Counted from the stretch's first letter, positions 19,719 to 29,901 are shown. The stretch is DNA of 64,000 nucleotides from Armatimonadota bacterium (GCA_041690135.1 JAWLHY010000001.1:96001-160000); one strand, 5' to 3'. A program made the numbers and translations. The notes: generated from the sequence alone by a model not told the origin.

Positions 19719-22382
19719 GTGATCGTTGAAGCCACACCGGGAAGCACGGACGAGCGCTCCCTGTTGCTGACCCTGGAGGAGATCAGCCACCTGGCCGCCC
19801 ACGACGGCGAGCCCACGGCCACGCTGCAGAACATCGTGCAATTGATCCAGGGCCGCTTCCGCACGGACGTTTGTTCCGTGTACCTGCTGGAGCCGGACCG
19901 GGCGCACCTGGTGCTCGCGGCGACGGTGGGCCTGCGCGCGGAGAGCGTGGGCAAGGTGCGGATGTCGCTGAAGGAGGGCCTGGCAGGACTGGTGGCGGAG
20001 CGGTTGGAGCCGGTGGTGGTGGCGGACGCCACTTCCCATCCGCGCTTCAAGTACTTCGAGGAGGCCGGAGAGGACCTCTACCACTCCTTCCTGGGCATTC
20101 CGCTGCTGGACGGCAACCTGATCCAGGGGGTGCTGGTGGTGCAAACCGCCGAGCCGCGCACCTTTTCGGAGGCGGAGGTGCGAATGCTGGTGGCCGCGAG
20201 CCGCCAGTTGGGGTCCGTGGTCTGCGAGGCGCGGGCGCAGCAGCAGTTTACCTCTCGGGCCCACGAGCGCCTCTGGGATCTGGCCCGCAACCTGTGGTGG
20301 AGCTGGTACCCGAACGGCGCGGATGTGTTCCGGGAGATCGATCCGGTGTTGTGGGGGGAGGTGCGGCACAACCCGGTCGCCTTCCTGAAGCAGATCCCGT
20401 ACAAGCAGTTAGAAGAGCTGGCGGGACAGATCATGCAGAACGGCCGCATCAACCACGAGCACCGGCGCCTCCAGGAGTACCTCCGCTCCGAGAAGACCTG
20501 GGGGGCGACCCACTGCGGCGTACTGCGCGCTCGCCCCGTGGCCTACTTCTCCGCGGAGTTCGGCCTGCACGAGTCGATGCCGATCTACTCCGGCGGCCTG
20601 GGGGTGCTGGCGGGGGACCACATCAAGAGCGCCTCGGACCTGGGTATCCCGCTGGTGGCGGTGGGCCTGCTCTACAAGGAAGGCTACTTCCGGCAGCGGA
20701 TCGACCAGACCGGTCTGCAGCAGGAAGAGTACCTCCGTGTGAAGACCGAGGAGCTTCCCCTGGAACTGGCGGTGGGGAAGGACGGTCGCCCGGTGGAGAT
20801 CCGCATCCACACCCGCGGCGGCAGCCTGGCCGCGCGCGTGTGGAAGGTGGCGGTGGGGCGGACCACCCTGCTGCTGCTGGACTCCGACGTGGAGGGGAAT
20901 GCCGCGGAGGACCGGGAGTTGACCGCCCGTCTCTATGGTGGCGACAACCGGGTGCGTATCCGCCAGGAGCTGCTGCTGGGTGTGGGCGGGGTCCACGCGC
21001 TGCGGGCGATGGGGATCCAGCCGGGCGTCCTGCATCTCAACGAGGGCCACAGCGCCTTCGCCCCGCTGGAGGTGATGCGGGAGCGGATGGCCTCCGAAGG
21101 CATCGGGTTCGATGAGGCGGCGCGGCGGGTGTCGCGGATGACGGTCTTCACCACGCACACGCCCGTGCCCGCGGGCCACGACCGCTTCTCCCCGGAACTG
21201 GTGGAAGAGCACCTCGGACCTCTGCGGGACGGCCTGGGGATCTCCTACGAGCACCTGGTCGGGCTGGGACGCGTGAACCCCTGGGACGGGGGCGAAGAGT
21301 TCTGCATGACGGTCCTCGCGCTGAAGCATTCCCGCCGGGCGAACGCGGTCTCGTCGCTGCACGGCGAGGTCTCGCGGTCGATGTGGTCCTGCATGTGGCC
21401 CGGTCGCCCCGAGGACGAAGTGCCGATCGGTCACATCACCAACGGCGTGCACGTGCTGACCTGGCTGGCGCCGGCCATGCACCAGACCTACTCCCGCTAC
21501 CTGGGGCCGAACTGGTTCGTCCGCAGCGGCGAGCCGGAGGTATGGGGCGAGATCGAAGGGGTGGACGACGGGGAGCTGTGGGAGACGCACGTCGCCCTGA
21601 AGGCCCGCCTGATCTCCTTTGTCCGGAAAGCGGCGGCGCGCCAGGCGGTGCGGCGCGGGGAGTCGCAGGAGGTGGTGGAGCAGCTCTGCCGGGCGATGAG
21701 CCTGGACGCGCTCACCATCGGCTTTGCCCGGCGGTTCGCCACCTACAAGCGGGCCAACCTGCTCTTCCACGACCTGGAGCGGATGGTGGAGCTGGTCAAC
21801 GACTCGCGCCGGCCGATCCAGATCGTCTTCGCCGGGAAGGCGCACCCGCGGGACTGGCCGGGCAAGGAGATGCTCCGGGAGATCTTCAAGGTCACCCGCG
21901 ACCCGCGGTTCCTCGGCAAGGTGGTATTCCTGGAGAACTACGACATCAACGTGGCTCGGCACCTGATCCAGGGTGTGGACGTGTGGCTCAACAACCCCCG
22001 GCGTCCCCTGGAGGCCTCCGGCACCAGCGGTCAGAAGGTGGTCCTCAACGGCGGCCTCAACCTCTCCGTCCTCGACGGCTGGTGGGCGGAAGCGTACGAC
22101 GGGGAGAACGGGTTTGCCATCGGCCACGGCGAAACCCACAGTAACCTGGAGATCCACGACCGCCGCGACACGGAAGCGCTCATGGAGACTCTCACCCGCG
22201 AGGTGATCCCCCTCTACTACCAGCGCGACCCGGACGGGCTGCCGCGGGCGTGGGTCGCCCGGATGAAGCGCGCCATCCGCACCCTCGGCTGGCGCTTCAA
22301 CGCGGACCGAATGGTGATGGATTACGTGAGGCACTGCTACGTCCCCGCCGCGGGAGGCACCTCGAGCGCGATGCCACGCTGA
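19719..22382 (+). CDS. glgP: Alpha-glucan (glycogen) phosphorylase with N-terminal GAF domain
   Basis: YSGGLGVLAGD, HLNEGH, FARRFATYKR, EASGTSGQK (PLP lysine); N-terminal DVCSVYLL...SFLGIPL GAF. Confidence 0.93.
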   Translation: MIVEATPGSTDERSLLLTLEEISHLAAHDGEPTATLQNIVQLIQGRFRTDVCSVYLLEPDRAHLVLAATVGLRAESVGKVRMSLKEGLAGLVAERLEPVVVADATSHPRFKYFEEAGEDLYHSFLGIPLLDGNLIQGVLVVQTAEPRTFSEAEVRMLVAASRQLGSVVCEARAQQQFTSRAHERLWDLARNLWWSWYPNGADVFREIDPVLWGEVRHNPVAFLKQIPYKQLEELAGQIMQNGRINHEHRRLQEYLRSEKTWGATHCGVLRARPVAYFSAEFGLHESMPIYSGGLGVLAGDHIKSASDLGIPLVAVGLLYKEGYFRQRIDQTGLQQEEYLRVKTEELPLELAVGKDGRPVEIRIHTRGGSLAARVWKVAVGRTTLLLLDSDVEGNAAEDRELTARLYGGDNRVRIRQELLLGVGGVHALRAMGIQPGVLHLNEGHSAFAPLEVMRERMASEGIGFDEAARRVSRMTVFTTHTPVPAGHDRFSPELVEEHLGPLRDGLGISYEHLVGLGRVNPWDGGEEFCMTVLALKHSRRANAVSSLHGEVSRSMWSCMWPGRPEDEVPIGHITNGVHVLTWLAPAMHQTYSRYLGPNWFVRSGEPEVWGEIEGVDDGELWETHVALKARLISFVRKAAARQAVRRGESQEVVEQLCRAMSLDALTIGFARRFATYKRANLLFHDLERMVELVNDSRRPIQIVFAGKAHPRDWPGKEMLREIFKVTRDPRFLGKVVFLENYDINVARHLIQGVDVWLNNPRRPLEASGTSGQKVVLNGGLNLSVLDGWWAEAYDGENGFAIGHGETHSNLEIHDRRDTEALMETLTREVIPLYYQRDPDGLPRAWVARMKRAIRTLGWRFNADRMVMDYVRHCYVPAAGGTSSAMPR

Positions 22383-22588
22383 ACGGATAAAGATGAAGAT
22401 AAGGATAAAGAGGTGGGTCGCGCCTCGGTGGTTGATGAGGCGTGACGGCGGCGCACGTGTCGATGCCGACGTAATGCGTATTGCGTGATGCGTAAGGGAA
22501 CCGTTGGCGTGTTGCGTGAGGCGTAATGTGTGAGGGGACGTAGTGGGCGGGTGCGGGGGCAGAGTGGGTGCCTCGCTTGAGCTCATGA

Positions 22589-22651
22589 GACGTAAGACGT
22601 AAGACGTAAGACGTAAGACGTAAGACGTAAGACGTAAGACGTGAAACGTGA
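22589..22651. repeat. (GACGTAA)x7 plus 2 degenerate heptamers
   Basis: Perfect tandem array; looser GCGTRAT heptamers at 22470-22530. Confidence 0.95.
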
Positions 22652-22781
22652 GGCTCGGGGCAGGGCCGGTCCGATTGGCCAGGACGGGGTGCGCGGCACT
22701 TGCCGCGAACGCTCGCCCTGGCCCCATTGACACATCCGATGCGCCGTCCGGGAGGGTGGCAAGACTCGTCACTCAGGGTGG

Positions 22782-23692
22782 TGGGTTTGTCTTGCCAGGC
22801 GGTAGGCAGTTCGGGATCATGACCGGAGTCCCGCTGCCGGGTGCCCCTTGGGCGGGGGCCTTCGCGATAAGGGACTCCGGATCCAGTTGGGCCAAACCGC
22901 CCGCCGACCTTTGGGTCTCTGAAGCGGGGCGTTCGCGAATCGTGGTCCCCGGAAACCGTGCGAGTGAACCGTGTGTCGGCGTCTGGTCACCCTGGCGGGG
23001 GCGAGTCAGCCGTGGACAGGCTCCGGCAACCGGGTCGCGAAGGCCGGCCTCACAGCCGGACTCCGTCATGGGTCCCGAGGGTTCACCGGTAACCGGGACA
23101 GGCGTCAGAGTCTGGCATCCCCATCTCGTTAACCCACGAGCTAGCGCTGGGCAACTCGGGGTGGGCCGGTGGTTGGATATGAATTCCAGGCGTAGCCAGT
23201 GCGCGGTGAGCGCCGCCATCCACCTGGGCGAGATGCCTCCCCGACGGTGTGGAGTTGTGATGATGGGCTTGTCTTGCCAGGCGGTAGGCTGAATTGGTTC
23301 ATGACCGGAGTCCCGCTGCGAGGCGGGCCTTCGCGATAAGCGATTCCGGATCCTATCGGAGTGAACCGCTCGCCGACCACGACTTCACAGACGGCAACGC
23401 ACTGGGTTTGGTAGACACGGCCTTTGGAAGTCTTAATCTCGGGATTGACGAGAGGTGAGCAGAACTCAAACCGCCGGCCTCAAGGGCAGGGACTCGTCTG
23501 GCATTGACGGGTGACGGCAACCGGGTCGCGAAGGCCGGCCTCACAGCCGGACTCCGTCATGAGTCCCGAGGGCTCACCGGTAACCGGGCCATGCGTTAAA
23601 GTCTGGCATCGCCATCTCGTTAACCCATCAGCTAACACTGGGTAACTGGGGGTGGGCTGTCGGTTGGGCATGGATTCCAGGCATACACAGTG
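22782..23692. repeat. Two tandem ~420-bp non-coding units, each with a ~38-bp internal inverted repeat
   Basis: Unit A ~22782-23201, unit B ~23264-23692; conserved ends, unrelated middles. Confidence 0.85.
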
Positions 23693-23869
23693 GCTCCAAT
23701 CTGTCGGATCGGCCAAACTCCGGTATGATGAAGGCGAGATCCGAAACGGATCGGTGAAGCATTGGCGCGTTGCCCGTGGGGCCCCTGCTACTGGTGCTTG
23801 TTGAGCACTGGTGGTGGGGGCTTTCCGTTTTCTGGCCCGGGCAGCCAACTTCAAGAAGGAGCACGCAGA

Positions 23870-24472
23870 ATGATCGGAACAGATCGCCCGCGGGTGACTG
23901 CTACCCCGCGACAGACCGGTAGCAAGGCGATGATCAAGGCCGTCCGCCGCAAGGGGGATGTGCCCGGGTCGCTCTACGGTCGGGACGTCGAACCCGTCTC
24001 CGTGCAGGTTTCGGCCCGCGTCCTGGGCGCTTATCTCGGTGCACACGGCTCGGGCGCTTTGATGGACCTGGACCTCGGTGGGCAGGTGATCCCCGTGGTC
24101 TTGAAGGAAGTCGATCGCGACGGGATGACCGGCGCCGTGTCGCATGTCTCGTTCCAGCGCATCGTGCTGAGCGAGGAACTGCAGGCCGCGATCCCCCTGC
24201 GATTTGAGGGGATCGACGAGCTGATCAAGAACGGACTGGTGCTGCAGACGCAGTTGGATGTGGTGGAGCTCCACGGCCGGGCGGACCGGCTCCCGGAAGT
24301 GCTGACGGTAGACGTGAGCCACTGCGCGGCGGGCGCCGCCATCCACCTGGGCGAGATCCCGCTTCCCGAAGGCGTGGAGCTGTCGCGAGATGCCACCATC
24401 GTTGCGGCCATCGTTACCTCGCCGCGAACGGGTGGTGAGGCGGCGACGGAAGCCGCTTTGCCGGAAGCCTAG
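23870..24472 (+). CDS. rplY: 50S ribosomal protein L25/Ctc family
   Basis: VRRKGDVPGSLYG, VLKEVDRD...HVSFQRI, LPEGVE; RBS AAGGAG. Confidence 0.85.
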   Translation: MIGTDRPRVTATPRQTGSKAMIKAVRRKGDVPGSLYGRDVEPVSVQVSARVLGAYLGAHGSGALMDLDLGGQVIPVVLKEVDRDGMTGAVSHVSFQRIVLSEELQAAIPLRFEGIDELIKNGLVLQTQLDVVELHGRADRLPEVLTVDVSHCAAGAAIHLGEIPLPEGVELSRDATIVAAIVTSPRTGGEAATEAALPEA

Positions 24473-24566
24473 TGAAATGTGGGGGGACGGGGTCGGGTAA
24501 TCGGTCTCGTCTCCCCCAAGGCGGGGCAACCGGAGTACCCACACCGGTTCTCCGCTTTGGTCTCTA

Positions 24567-25340
24567 TCAGTCCGGGGGCCCGGAGACCCACTTCAGACCA
24601 GAGGTCAGAAGAGAATGGGTGCTGGGGGTCTTCTCGGGGTGGGGACTAAAGCAGAGCACCCGGCCCATGCCAAAGCGGCCGGAAGCGATAGCGGTGGTGC
24701 CGATCATCACTCCGGAAGGGGCGCCCTTTTGTGCGATCTCGGACTCATAGGTCCCCAGGGGCTCGTAGTCCGGCACCTCCGGATCTCCGGCCGGGGCGAG
24801 GAGCGGTCCCTGCCAGTAGACGATCGTTTCCCGTTGCGAGGTCACGCCCAGGACTTTGCGGCCAGTCTCGGAGAGCCCCACCACCGTATCTCCATTGCCG
24901 CGTGCCCAGTGGGCCTTGTCGATCACCTTCGCGTCGAGGATGCGGAGCGACCAGGGGTAGTCGCAGGTCGCCAGGTAGGCGCCGGCGCAGATGCCGACGT
25001 AGCCGCCTCCCCCGCGCACGAACTCCCGGATCTTCTCGCGACCTTCTTCGCCCAGGGCGCGCCCCTGCCCGCCTCCGCTCCCTCCCGGCTGGATCAGCAC
25101 CTGGAAGCCCGCGAGCTTGCCGGCGCGGATCTCCTCGACCGTCACCGTCTCCACCTGGAAGTCCTTGAACTGCTCAAGAGCGGTGAGCAGGGTGCTCCGG
25201 CTGCGACTGGCACCCTGATCGGCGTACACGGCCACTCGCAGGGGAGACGGTGCTTCCGGTGCGGTGTCGGCGACTGCGGATGACAGCAGCCCCAGGATGC
25301 CCAGGGCGAGGCCGGTACTGCGAAAAGGAGGACGATACAT
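24567..25340 (-). CDS. BPL_N / class I glutamine-amidotransferase-like secreted protein
   Basis: PGGSGG, YVGICAGAYLA, FSPHPE. Confidence 0.85.
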   Translation of the reverse strand: MYRPPFRSTGLALGILGLLSSAVADTAPEAPSPLRVAVYADQGASRSRSTLLTALEQFKDFQVETVTVEEIRAGKLAGFQVLIQPGGSGGGQGRALGEEGREKIREFVRGGGGYVGICAGAYLATCDYPWSLRILDAKVIDKAHWARGNGDTVVGLSETGRKVLGVTSQRETIVYWQGPLLAPAGDPEVPDYEPLGTYESEIAQKGAPSGVMIGTTAIASGRFGMGRVLCFSPHPEKTPSTHSLLTSGLKWVSGPPD

Positions 25341-25777
25341 GGCGGAGTTCCTCGAAAGGCGACGGTCTCAGGAATTGGCGGGAGTGACGGCGGCTTCCTG
25401 CTGGGAGTGTAGCGCAGTCACCTTAACGCATCCTGATGACAACGCGGTGGGAACGAACCACGAAGACACGAAGGACACGACGAAGGGGCAGAAAGGATGA
25501 AGATGCCTTCGGCCGACTTGGATGAGGATTACGATTATGATAAGGACCGCAGGGCACCAGAGAGCTGAGGGGTTAAAGAAGGAACTCGGTGTTGAGTGAG
25601 GATAATGAACACCACGGTAGAGAGCTCGCTCCATTCTTGAAGACGCGCGATCTTCCGCTTTCTTTTCATCCTCTTCCGCGTCCATCCCATACGGGCGCGG
25701 GAACATACGGTTCGTAATCTCTTTGGGGCATTCATCGCTCCCGTTGCTTTCGAGCATTCCCATCCAGGAAACTCGTC

Positions 25778-27334
25778 GTGAAACTTCGTCCTCTCCTCCT
25801 CTTCCCGGCGCTGGCGACCTGCGCCTCCGCCGCCTACTCCACCGCCGCCCAACAGTCGGGCCAGCCTTCCGCGCGGCCCAACGTGATCGTGATCCTGGCC
25901 GATGATATCGGCTATGGGGATGTGAGCTGCTACGGTGCGAAGCGGGTGAAGACGCCCAACCTCGACCGCCTGGCAGCGCAGGGGCTGCGGTTCACGGACG
26001 GGCACGCGCCCTCGGCGACCTGTACGCCGACGCGCTACTCCCTCCTTACCGGAGAGTATGCCTGGCGGAAGAAGGGCACCGGGATCCTGCCCGGCAACGC
26101 CGGCCTGATCATCCCGACGGAAGGGGTCACCCTGCCCTCCATGCTGAAGCGGGCCGGGTACGCCACGGCGGTGGTGGGCAAGTGGCACCTGGGCCTGGGC
26201 GCGGAGACCGGGAAGCAGGATTGGAACGCGGAGGTGAAGCCGGGCCCGCGCGAGATCGGGTTCGACTACTCCTTCCTGGTGCCGGCGACGGGCGACCGCA
26301 CCCCCTGCGTGTACATGGAGAACCAGCGGGTGGTGGGCCTCGACCCCACGGACCCGATCGAGGTCCGGTACGGGATGAAGGTCGGCACCGATCCCACGGG
26401 CCGGGAGAACCCCGAACTCCTGAAGATGAAGCCGAGCCACGGCCACGACCAGACCATCGTCAACGGGATCAGCCGCATCGGCTACATGACCGGCGGGAAG
26501 GCCGCACGGTGGGTGGACGAGGACATGGCCGACACCATCACCCGCAAGGCGGTCGCCTTCCTGGAGCGGAGCGCCCCGAAGAGCCGGGAGCAGCCATTCT
26601 TCCTCTTCCTCCCCACCCACGACATCCATGTGCCCCGCGTCCCACATCCGCGCTTCGTGGGGAAGAGCGGCATGGGACCCCGCGGCGATGCCCTGCTGCA
26701 GTTCGACTGGACCGTCGGCGAGGTGATGGCCACCCTCGACCGCCTGAAGGTGGCGCGGAACACGTTGGTGATCGTGAGCAGCGATAACGGTCCCGTGGTT
26801 GACGACGGCTACCAGGACCAGGCGGTGGAGAAGTTGGGCGACCATGACCCCACGGGCCCCCTGCGCGGCGGGAAGTACAGCAACTTCGAAGCCGGGACCC
26901 GCGTGCCGTTCCTCGTCCGGTGGCCGGACCGAGTAAAGCCCGGCGTCAGTGACGCCCTGGTGTGTCAGATCGACCTCCTCGCCAGCCTGGCCGCCCTCAC
27001 CGGCCAGAAGCTCCCGCTGGAGGCGGCTCCCGACAGCTTTAACGTGCTGCCGGCACTCCTCGGCGATGCCAAAGAGGGCCGCGATCACCTTTTCGAACAC
27101 GCCGGCCAGGTGTCCGTCCGTAAGGGGAGTTGGAAGTACATCCCCCCGAGCCGGGGACCGCGAGTGCAGGCGAACACGGGAACCGAGCTGGGCAACGATC
27201 CGCGGGGACAACTCTACGACCTGAGCACCGACCTGGGGGAAACGAAGAACCTGATTGCCGAACGTCCCGAGATTGCCGCCGCCCTCGCCGCCCTGCGGGA
27301 GAAGGGGATGCGGGAGTCCCGAACCAGCCCTTGA
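25778..27334 (+). CDS. Arylsulfatase (Cys-type)
   Basis: PNVIVILADDIGYGD, CTPTRYSLLTG, GKWHLG, SSDNG. Confidence 0.95.
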   Translation: MKLRPLLLFPALATCASAAYSTAAQQSGQPSARPNVIVILADDIGYGDVSCYGAKRVKTPNLDRLAAQGLRFTDGHAPSATCTPTRYSLLTGEYAWRKKGTGILPGNAGLIIPTEGVTLPSMLKRAGYATAVVGKWHLGLGAETGKQDWNAEVKPGPREIGFDYSFLVPATGDRTPCVYMENQRVVGLDPTDPIEVRYGMKVGTDPTGRENPELLKMKPSHGHDQTIVNGISRIGYMTGGKAARWVDEDMADTITRKAVAFLERSAPKSREQPFFLFLPTHDIHVPRVPHPRFVGKSGMGPRGDALLQFDWTVGEVMATLDRLKVARNTLVIVSSDNGPVVDDGYQDQAVEKLGDHDPTGPLRGGKYSNFEAGTRVPFLVRWPDRVKPGVSDALVCQIDLLASLAALTGQKLPLEAAPDSFNVLPALLGDAKEGRDHLFEHAGQVSVRKGSWKYIPPSRGPRVQANTGTELGNDPRGQLYDLSTDLGETKNLIAERPEIAAALAALREKGMRESRTSP

Positions 27335-27466
27335 AGTACTGTTGGCAAACCGCAAGCTGGCGCCTGTCGCCACAACCTACGCTCTCGGGTAGAATCCAGA
27401 AGGGTGGCCAGACATCCTGAACCAACGTGAAGGCACCCTAGGCCATAGAGTAGTGAGGCGAGGTGC

Positions 27467-27751
27467 GTGATGCCCACCATCACGGTGAAAGTGGAGATCC
27501 CAGAAGAGTTGCGGGAACAGTTTGCTGCACGCGTCCGAGCCCACGGAGGCGACCAGAGCGGTTATATTCGCGAAGTCCTGGAGCGTGAGTTGCGCACACC
27601 AAGTCCTGACCCGCAAATGACGTTCCGTGAGATCTTCGCGCCGGCAGAAGAGGGATTCCAGGCGACTGGAATGAGCGAAGAGGATCTGGTCGAATTCACG
27701 GAAGAGGAGATCAAGCGCTACCGCGCGGAGCGCCGGATGCGAGAGGCATAG
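27467..27751 (+). CDS. Putative ribbon-helix-helix antitoxin
   Basis: TITVKVEIPEEL...SGYIREVL; directly upstream of a PIN gene. Confidence 0.7.
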   Translation: MMPTITVKVEIPEELREQFAARVRAHGGDQSGYIREVLERELRTPSPDPQMTFREIFAPAEEGFQATGMSEEDLVEFTEEEIKRYRAERRMREA

Positions 27752-27753
27752 CG

Positions 27754-28239
27754 ATGGTTGAGCCGCCTAAGCCCATCGTGATCTTTGATACCGGTGTGGT
27801 GCTGCAGGCGGTGCTTAACCCCATGGGACCGGCCGCCGACGCACTTTCCCAGTTTGATGGGGACCGCGTGTCCGTATACTTGAGCCCGCGCTTACGCAGC
27901 GAGTGGGAAGATGTGCTCATGCGTCCATCCATTCGGGCCAAGAACCGGAGCGTAACAGACGCGTAGGTCCGAGCGGCGCTGGACCGCTTCGACCGGCGTG
28001 CAGTGATGGTTCCGAACGCGCCCACCCATTACGCCTTTCCACGAGATCGGGATGATGAGCCGGTCATCAATCTAGCCATCCACGTAAAGGCTACCTATAT
28101 TGTCAGCCGTGATCGTGATTTACTCGATCTGATGGATCCGAGTCGCTCGGAGGGTCGAGAGTTTCTGCAGCGCTTCCCGCGGCTAAGGATCCTTGATCCA
28201 GTTGCGTTCGTGATGGCTCTGGATGGCACGCCTGGGTAG
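27754..28239 (+). pseudogene. PIN-domain toxin interrupted by in-frame TAG (27964-27966)
   Basis: IFDTGV...; frame continues after TAG to PRDRDDEPVINLA and IVSRDRDLLDL. Confidence 0.8.
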
Positions 28240-28278
28240 ACAACGCTTCGCGTCTGGTGAGACATCGACGCAGCACCG

Positions 28279-29178
28279 CTACCGATTGATCTCCGTAGCA
28301 GTGATGTGTTCCGCGACGAGGAGGTTGCCTTCGGCAAAAAGGAACGCTTGCTCCTCCGGCCGGGGAGAGCGGAACCGGAGGAACTCGTCCTCGCCAACCT
28401 GGGAAGTGTGCCCCGGCTCGATGCGGGCTCTGGACGTGCGGAGGTAGTCGAGGACGGAGCAGAACGTTTCGAAGGTGCTCTGGCCGTGGTCGTGCGAGGG
28501 GGTGTGCATGGCCAGGTCCGGCAGGTTCAGCAGCGGGCATCCGAACGTCCGCATCCAGACCCCAGGTACACCCGGGACGTCTCCTTTGACGAAGCCGGCG
28601 TACAGCATCAGCAGCGGGAAAGCGCGCAGCAGGGCCAGCATATTCTTGTCATTGCCGGGTGCAAACACGCCGATGGGCAGGGAAGTCCGCGCGCTCTCGT
28701 TGGCGACAAGCAGGGCGCCCTGCGGCCCGAGGCAACCGGCCACCGCGGCCAGTGCGACGTACTGCTCCAGCGGGTCGGATTCGTAACCCGCGTAGTAGAG
28801 CAGGAGGTGGGACTTCGCCTGGCGGGCCTGCTGCTTCAGCTCCTGGGGGTAATGGGCGGGAGCGACTACCGTCTCCACCACCTGCGGCGGCATCGGGGCG
28901 TTGAAGCCGACCAGCCGGATCACGTGCTTTCCCCAGCCGACCAGGCCCAACGGCGTGCCCTGCGCAGCCGTGGCCGTGTCCAGCTCGCACCTTGCTCCCC
29001 TCATGTCGCGGTGGTACTGCCGCAGGGTGGCGGTCAGCGCTTCCGGGTCGAGTGTTAACGCGCCGGGGAAGAGAATCTGAAGGCTGAGCGGTTTCTCCAG
29101 GGCGGGGTTCGCCGTGAGAGGGCCGGAAGCCTCGGGACCGCTGTCCTTACGGCCGAAGAAGCGTTCGAAGAGGCCCAT
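28279..29178 (-). CDS. DUF4261-like protein
   Basis: MGLFERFFG start; WMRTFG...LPDLA...GHT C-terminal motif. Confidence 0.7.
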   Translation of the reverse strand: MGLFERFFGRKDSGPEASGPLTANPALEKPLSLQILFPGALTLDPEALTATLRQYHRDMRGARCELDTATAAQGTPLGLVGWGKHVIRLVGFNAPMPPQVVETVVAPAHYPQELKQQARQAKSHLLLYYAGYESDPLEQYVALAAVAGCLGPQGALLVANESARTSLPIGVFAPGNDKNMLALLRAFPLLMLYAGFVKGDVPGVPGVWMRTFGCPLLNLPDLAMHTPSHDHGQSTFETFCSVLDYLRTSRARIEPGHTSQVGEDEFLRFRSPRPEEQAFLFAEGNLLVAEHITATEINR

Positions 29179-29349
29179 GGGGTCTCCTTTCATGGGGAGG
29201 GGAAGCGCGGTGATTTCCCCCAGGATACCGCGCCCCGGTGGAAAGCCGCAGCCGGTTTGCGCTGCGGGGCGCACGAACCGGGCGGAAAGGGATACGTGCC
29301 CCGGAACGCGAACCTCCGTTCAGGATGTAGTTGGATCCGGAGGCATCAA

Positions 29350-29901
29350 ATGAAACGAACACGACGCGACGCGATGGCGACGGGGGCACTGCTGGTTCTG
29401 GGGCTGTCCGCGGGGATCGGATTGCCGCCGGCCGCCGCCCAGGAAACGGAAGATGAGAAGAAGCTGCTGAAGGTCGGCCAGGTGGCGCCGGACTTCACCC
29501 TGCCCCTGGTGACCGGCGGCGAGGTGACCCTGGGGAACCTGCTCAAGTTCGGTAAGGCGGTTCTCGTCGGCTTTTGGGGCATCGAGGAAGAAGACGGCGG
29601 CACGGAACTGGCAATGGTCCAGAAACTGCACAACGACATGCAGGCTAAGGGCCTGACCACCATCACCATCAACCCGGTCGATCCCATCGGCGACGTGCGC
29701 GACCACCTGAAGGAAGAGAAGATCGAGATCCAGGTCGCCATCGACGGCAAGGAGACGAACCGTGCCGTCACCAACGTCTACAAAGCGAAGAAGCTGCCGA
29801 CCTACTACCTCCTCGACCCGGACGGCAAGGTGCTGTGGCGCGGTATCGGCTACAAGGACGCGGTCCTGCGCGAGGCGCTCGCCAAAGCCGGCGTGAAATA
29901 G
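29350..29901 (+). CDS. TlpA/peroxiredoxin-like thioredoxin-fold protein lacking CxxC
   Basis: VGQVAPDFTL, VLVGFWG, LPTYYLLDPDGKV; no Cys in the ORF; Tat-like RR leader. Confidence 0.8.
   Translation: MKRTRRDAMATGALLVLGLSAGIGLPPAAAQETEDEKKLLKVGQVAPDFTLPLVTGGEVTLGNLLKFGKAVLVGFWGIEEEDGGTELAMVQKLHNDMQAKGLTTITINPVDPIGDVRDHLKEEKIEIQVAIDGKETNRAVTNVYKAKKLPTYYLLDPDGKVLWRGIGYKDAVLREALAKAGVK

Noticed and set aside
20409-22772. Long antisense ORFs (also 13220-15028, 25535-27373, 33960-35774)
   Set aside because: Shadow ORFs of high-GC genes with no recognisable motifs
22648-23544. ORFs inside the twin repeats
   Set aside because: Frames are not conserved between the two units and composition is not protein-like
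27964-27966. Pyrrolysine read-through
   Set aside because: Non-catalytic position in a PIN toxin and no pyl genes seen; nonsense mutation is simpler
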